In this document: positions 63,778-64,000 of the stretch, one piece after another
Layout of the letters: each line of letters starts with the position of its first letter
Numbering within the stretch: the first letter of the stretch is position 1
NCBI RefSeq assembly: GCF_030684315.1
Contig: NC_081374.1
Span: forward strand, 11,892,837 to 11,956,836
Length of the DNA: 64,000 nucleotides
Direction: 5' to 3'
Source: Stegostoma tigrinum
Taxonomy: Eukaryota
Made by a program: the position numbers and the translations under genes
Notes under the pieces: model-generated
What the model was told of the DNA's origin: nothing
What the model saw: only the letters and a program-made list of their open reading frames with translations
Databases searched by the model: none

Positions 63778-63788
63778 GGTAATTCTCC

Positions 63789-64000
63789 CCCCACCCAGTG
63801 CATCCCAAAGCCCAGCTCGCCCCCACTGCATCCCAAAATTCAGCTCGTCCCCTCCCCCACCACTGTGTCACAAAGCCCAGCTCATCCCCTGCAGCCCCAA
63901 CTGAATCCTAAAACCAGCCCAGCTTGTCCCCTCCTCCCTAACCTGTTCTTCTTCTCACCTAACCGCTCCTCCCACCTCAAGCCGCATCTCCATTTCCTAC
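63789..64000 (+). mobile_element. Older Penelope 3' tandem-repeat region
   Basis: cccactgcatcccaaa...cccagc units like those at 34440-34620. Confidence 0.75.

Noticed and set aside
63778-63831. N-terminus of the 566-aa Penelope ORF taken as a real start
   Set aside because: It lies outside the TSD; the element is 5'-truncated and the frame is open into the flank by chance.
62150-63836. Many overlapping ORFs on both strands
   Set aside because: Alternative frames of a GC-rich Penelope RT.
1-64000. CRISPR arrays, rRNA or true tRNA genes
   Set aside because: None seen; the tRNA-like A/B boxes belong to SINE heads.

Overview
Vertebrate genomic DNA, most likely from a cartilaginous fish (shark): it carries HE1-type SINEs, shark-type CR1 LINEs and GIY-YIG Penelope elements. 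The window holds a tandem cluster of + strand immunoglobulin-superfamily receptor genes, reconstructed by hand from splice signals and exon phases. Each has a leader, a CD300/pIgR/TREM-type V domain, an FcR-like (GSLPIxY) C2 domain, a stalk, a transmembrane (TM) exon and, in one case, a cytoplasmic tail. This architecture resembles the skate modular domain immune-type receptors (MDIR). Five units are visible. U0 (~390-5050) is an exon-less upstream remnant. G1 (7591-15745) is a pseudogene with a Lys-containing, activating-type TM. G2 (27939-36749) has no leader or V exon, a neutral TM and an ITIM tail, and is disabled. G3 (47733-53503) is a pseudogene truncated after C2. G4 (58219-60779, continuing past the window) is intact so far. 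A 2-3 kb upstream block is present three times and contains near-identical patches inside otherwise diverged duplicates. The rest is mostly nested retroelements, including young Penelope copies with 11-14 bp target-site duplications and minimal hammerhead ribozyme motifs. All comparisons were made by eye; no database searches were run.
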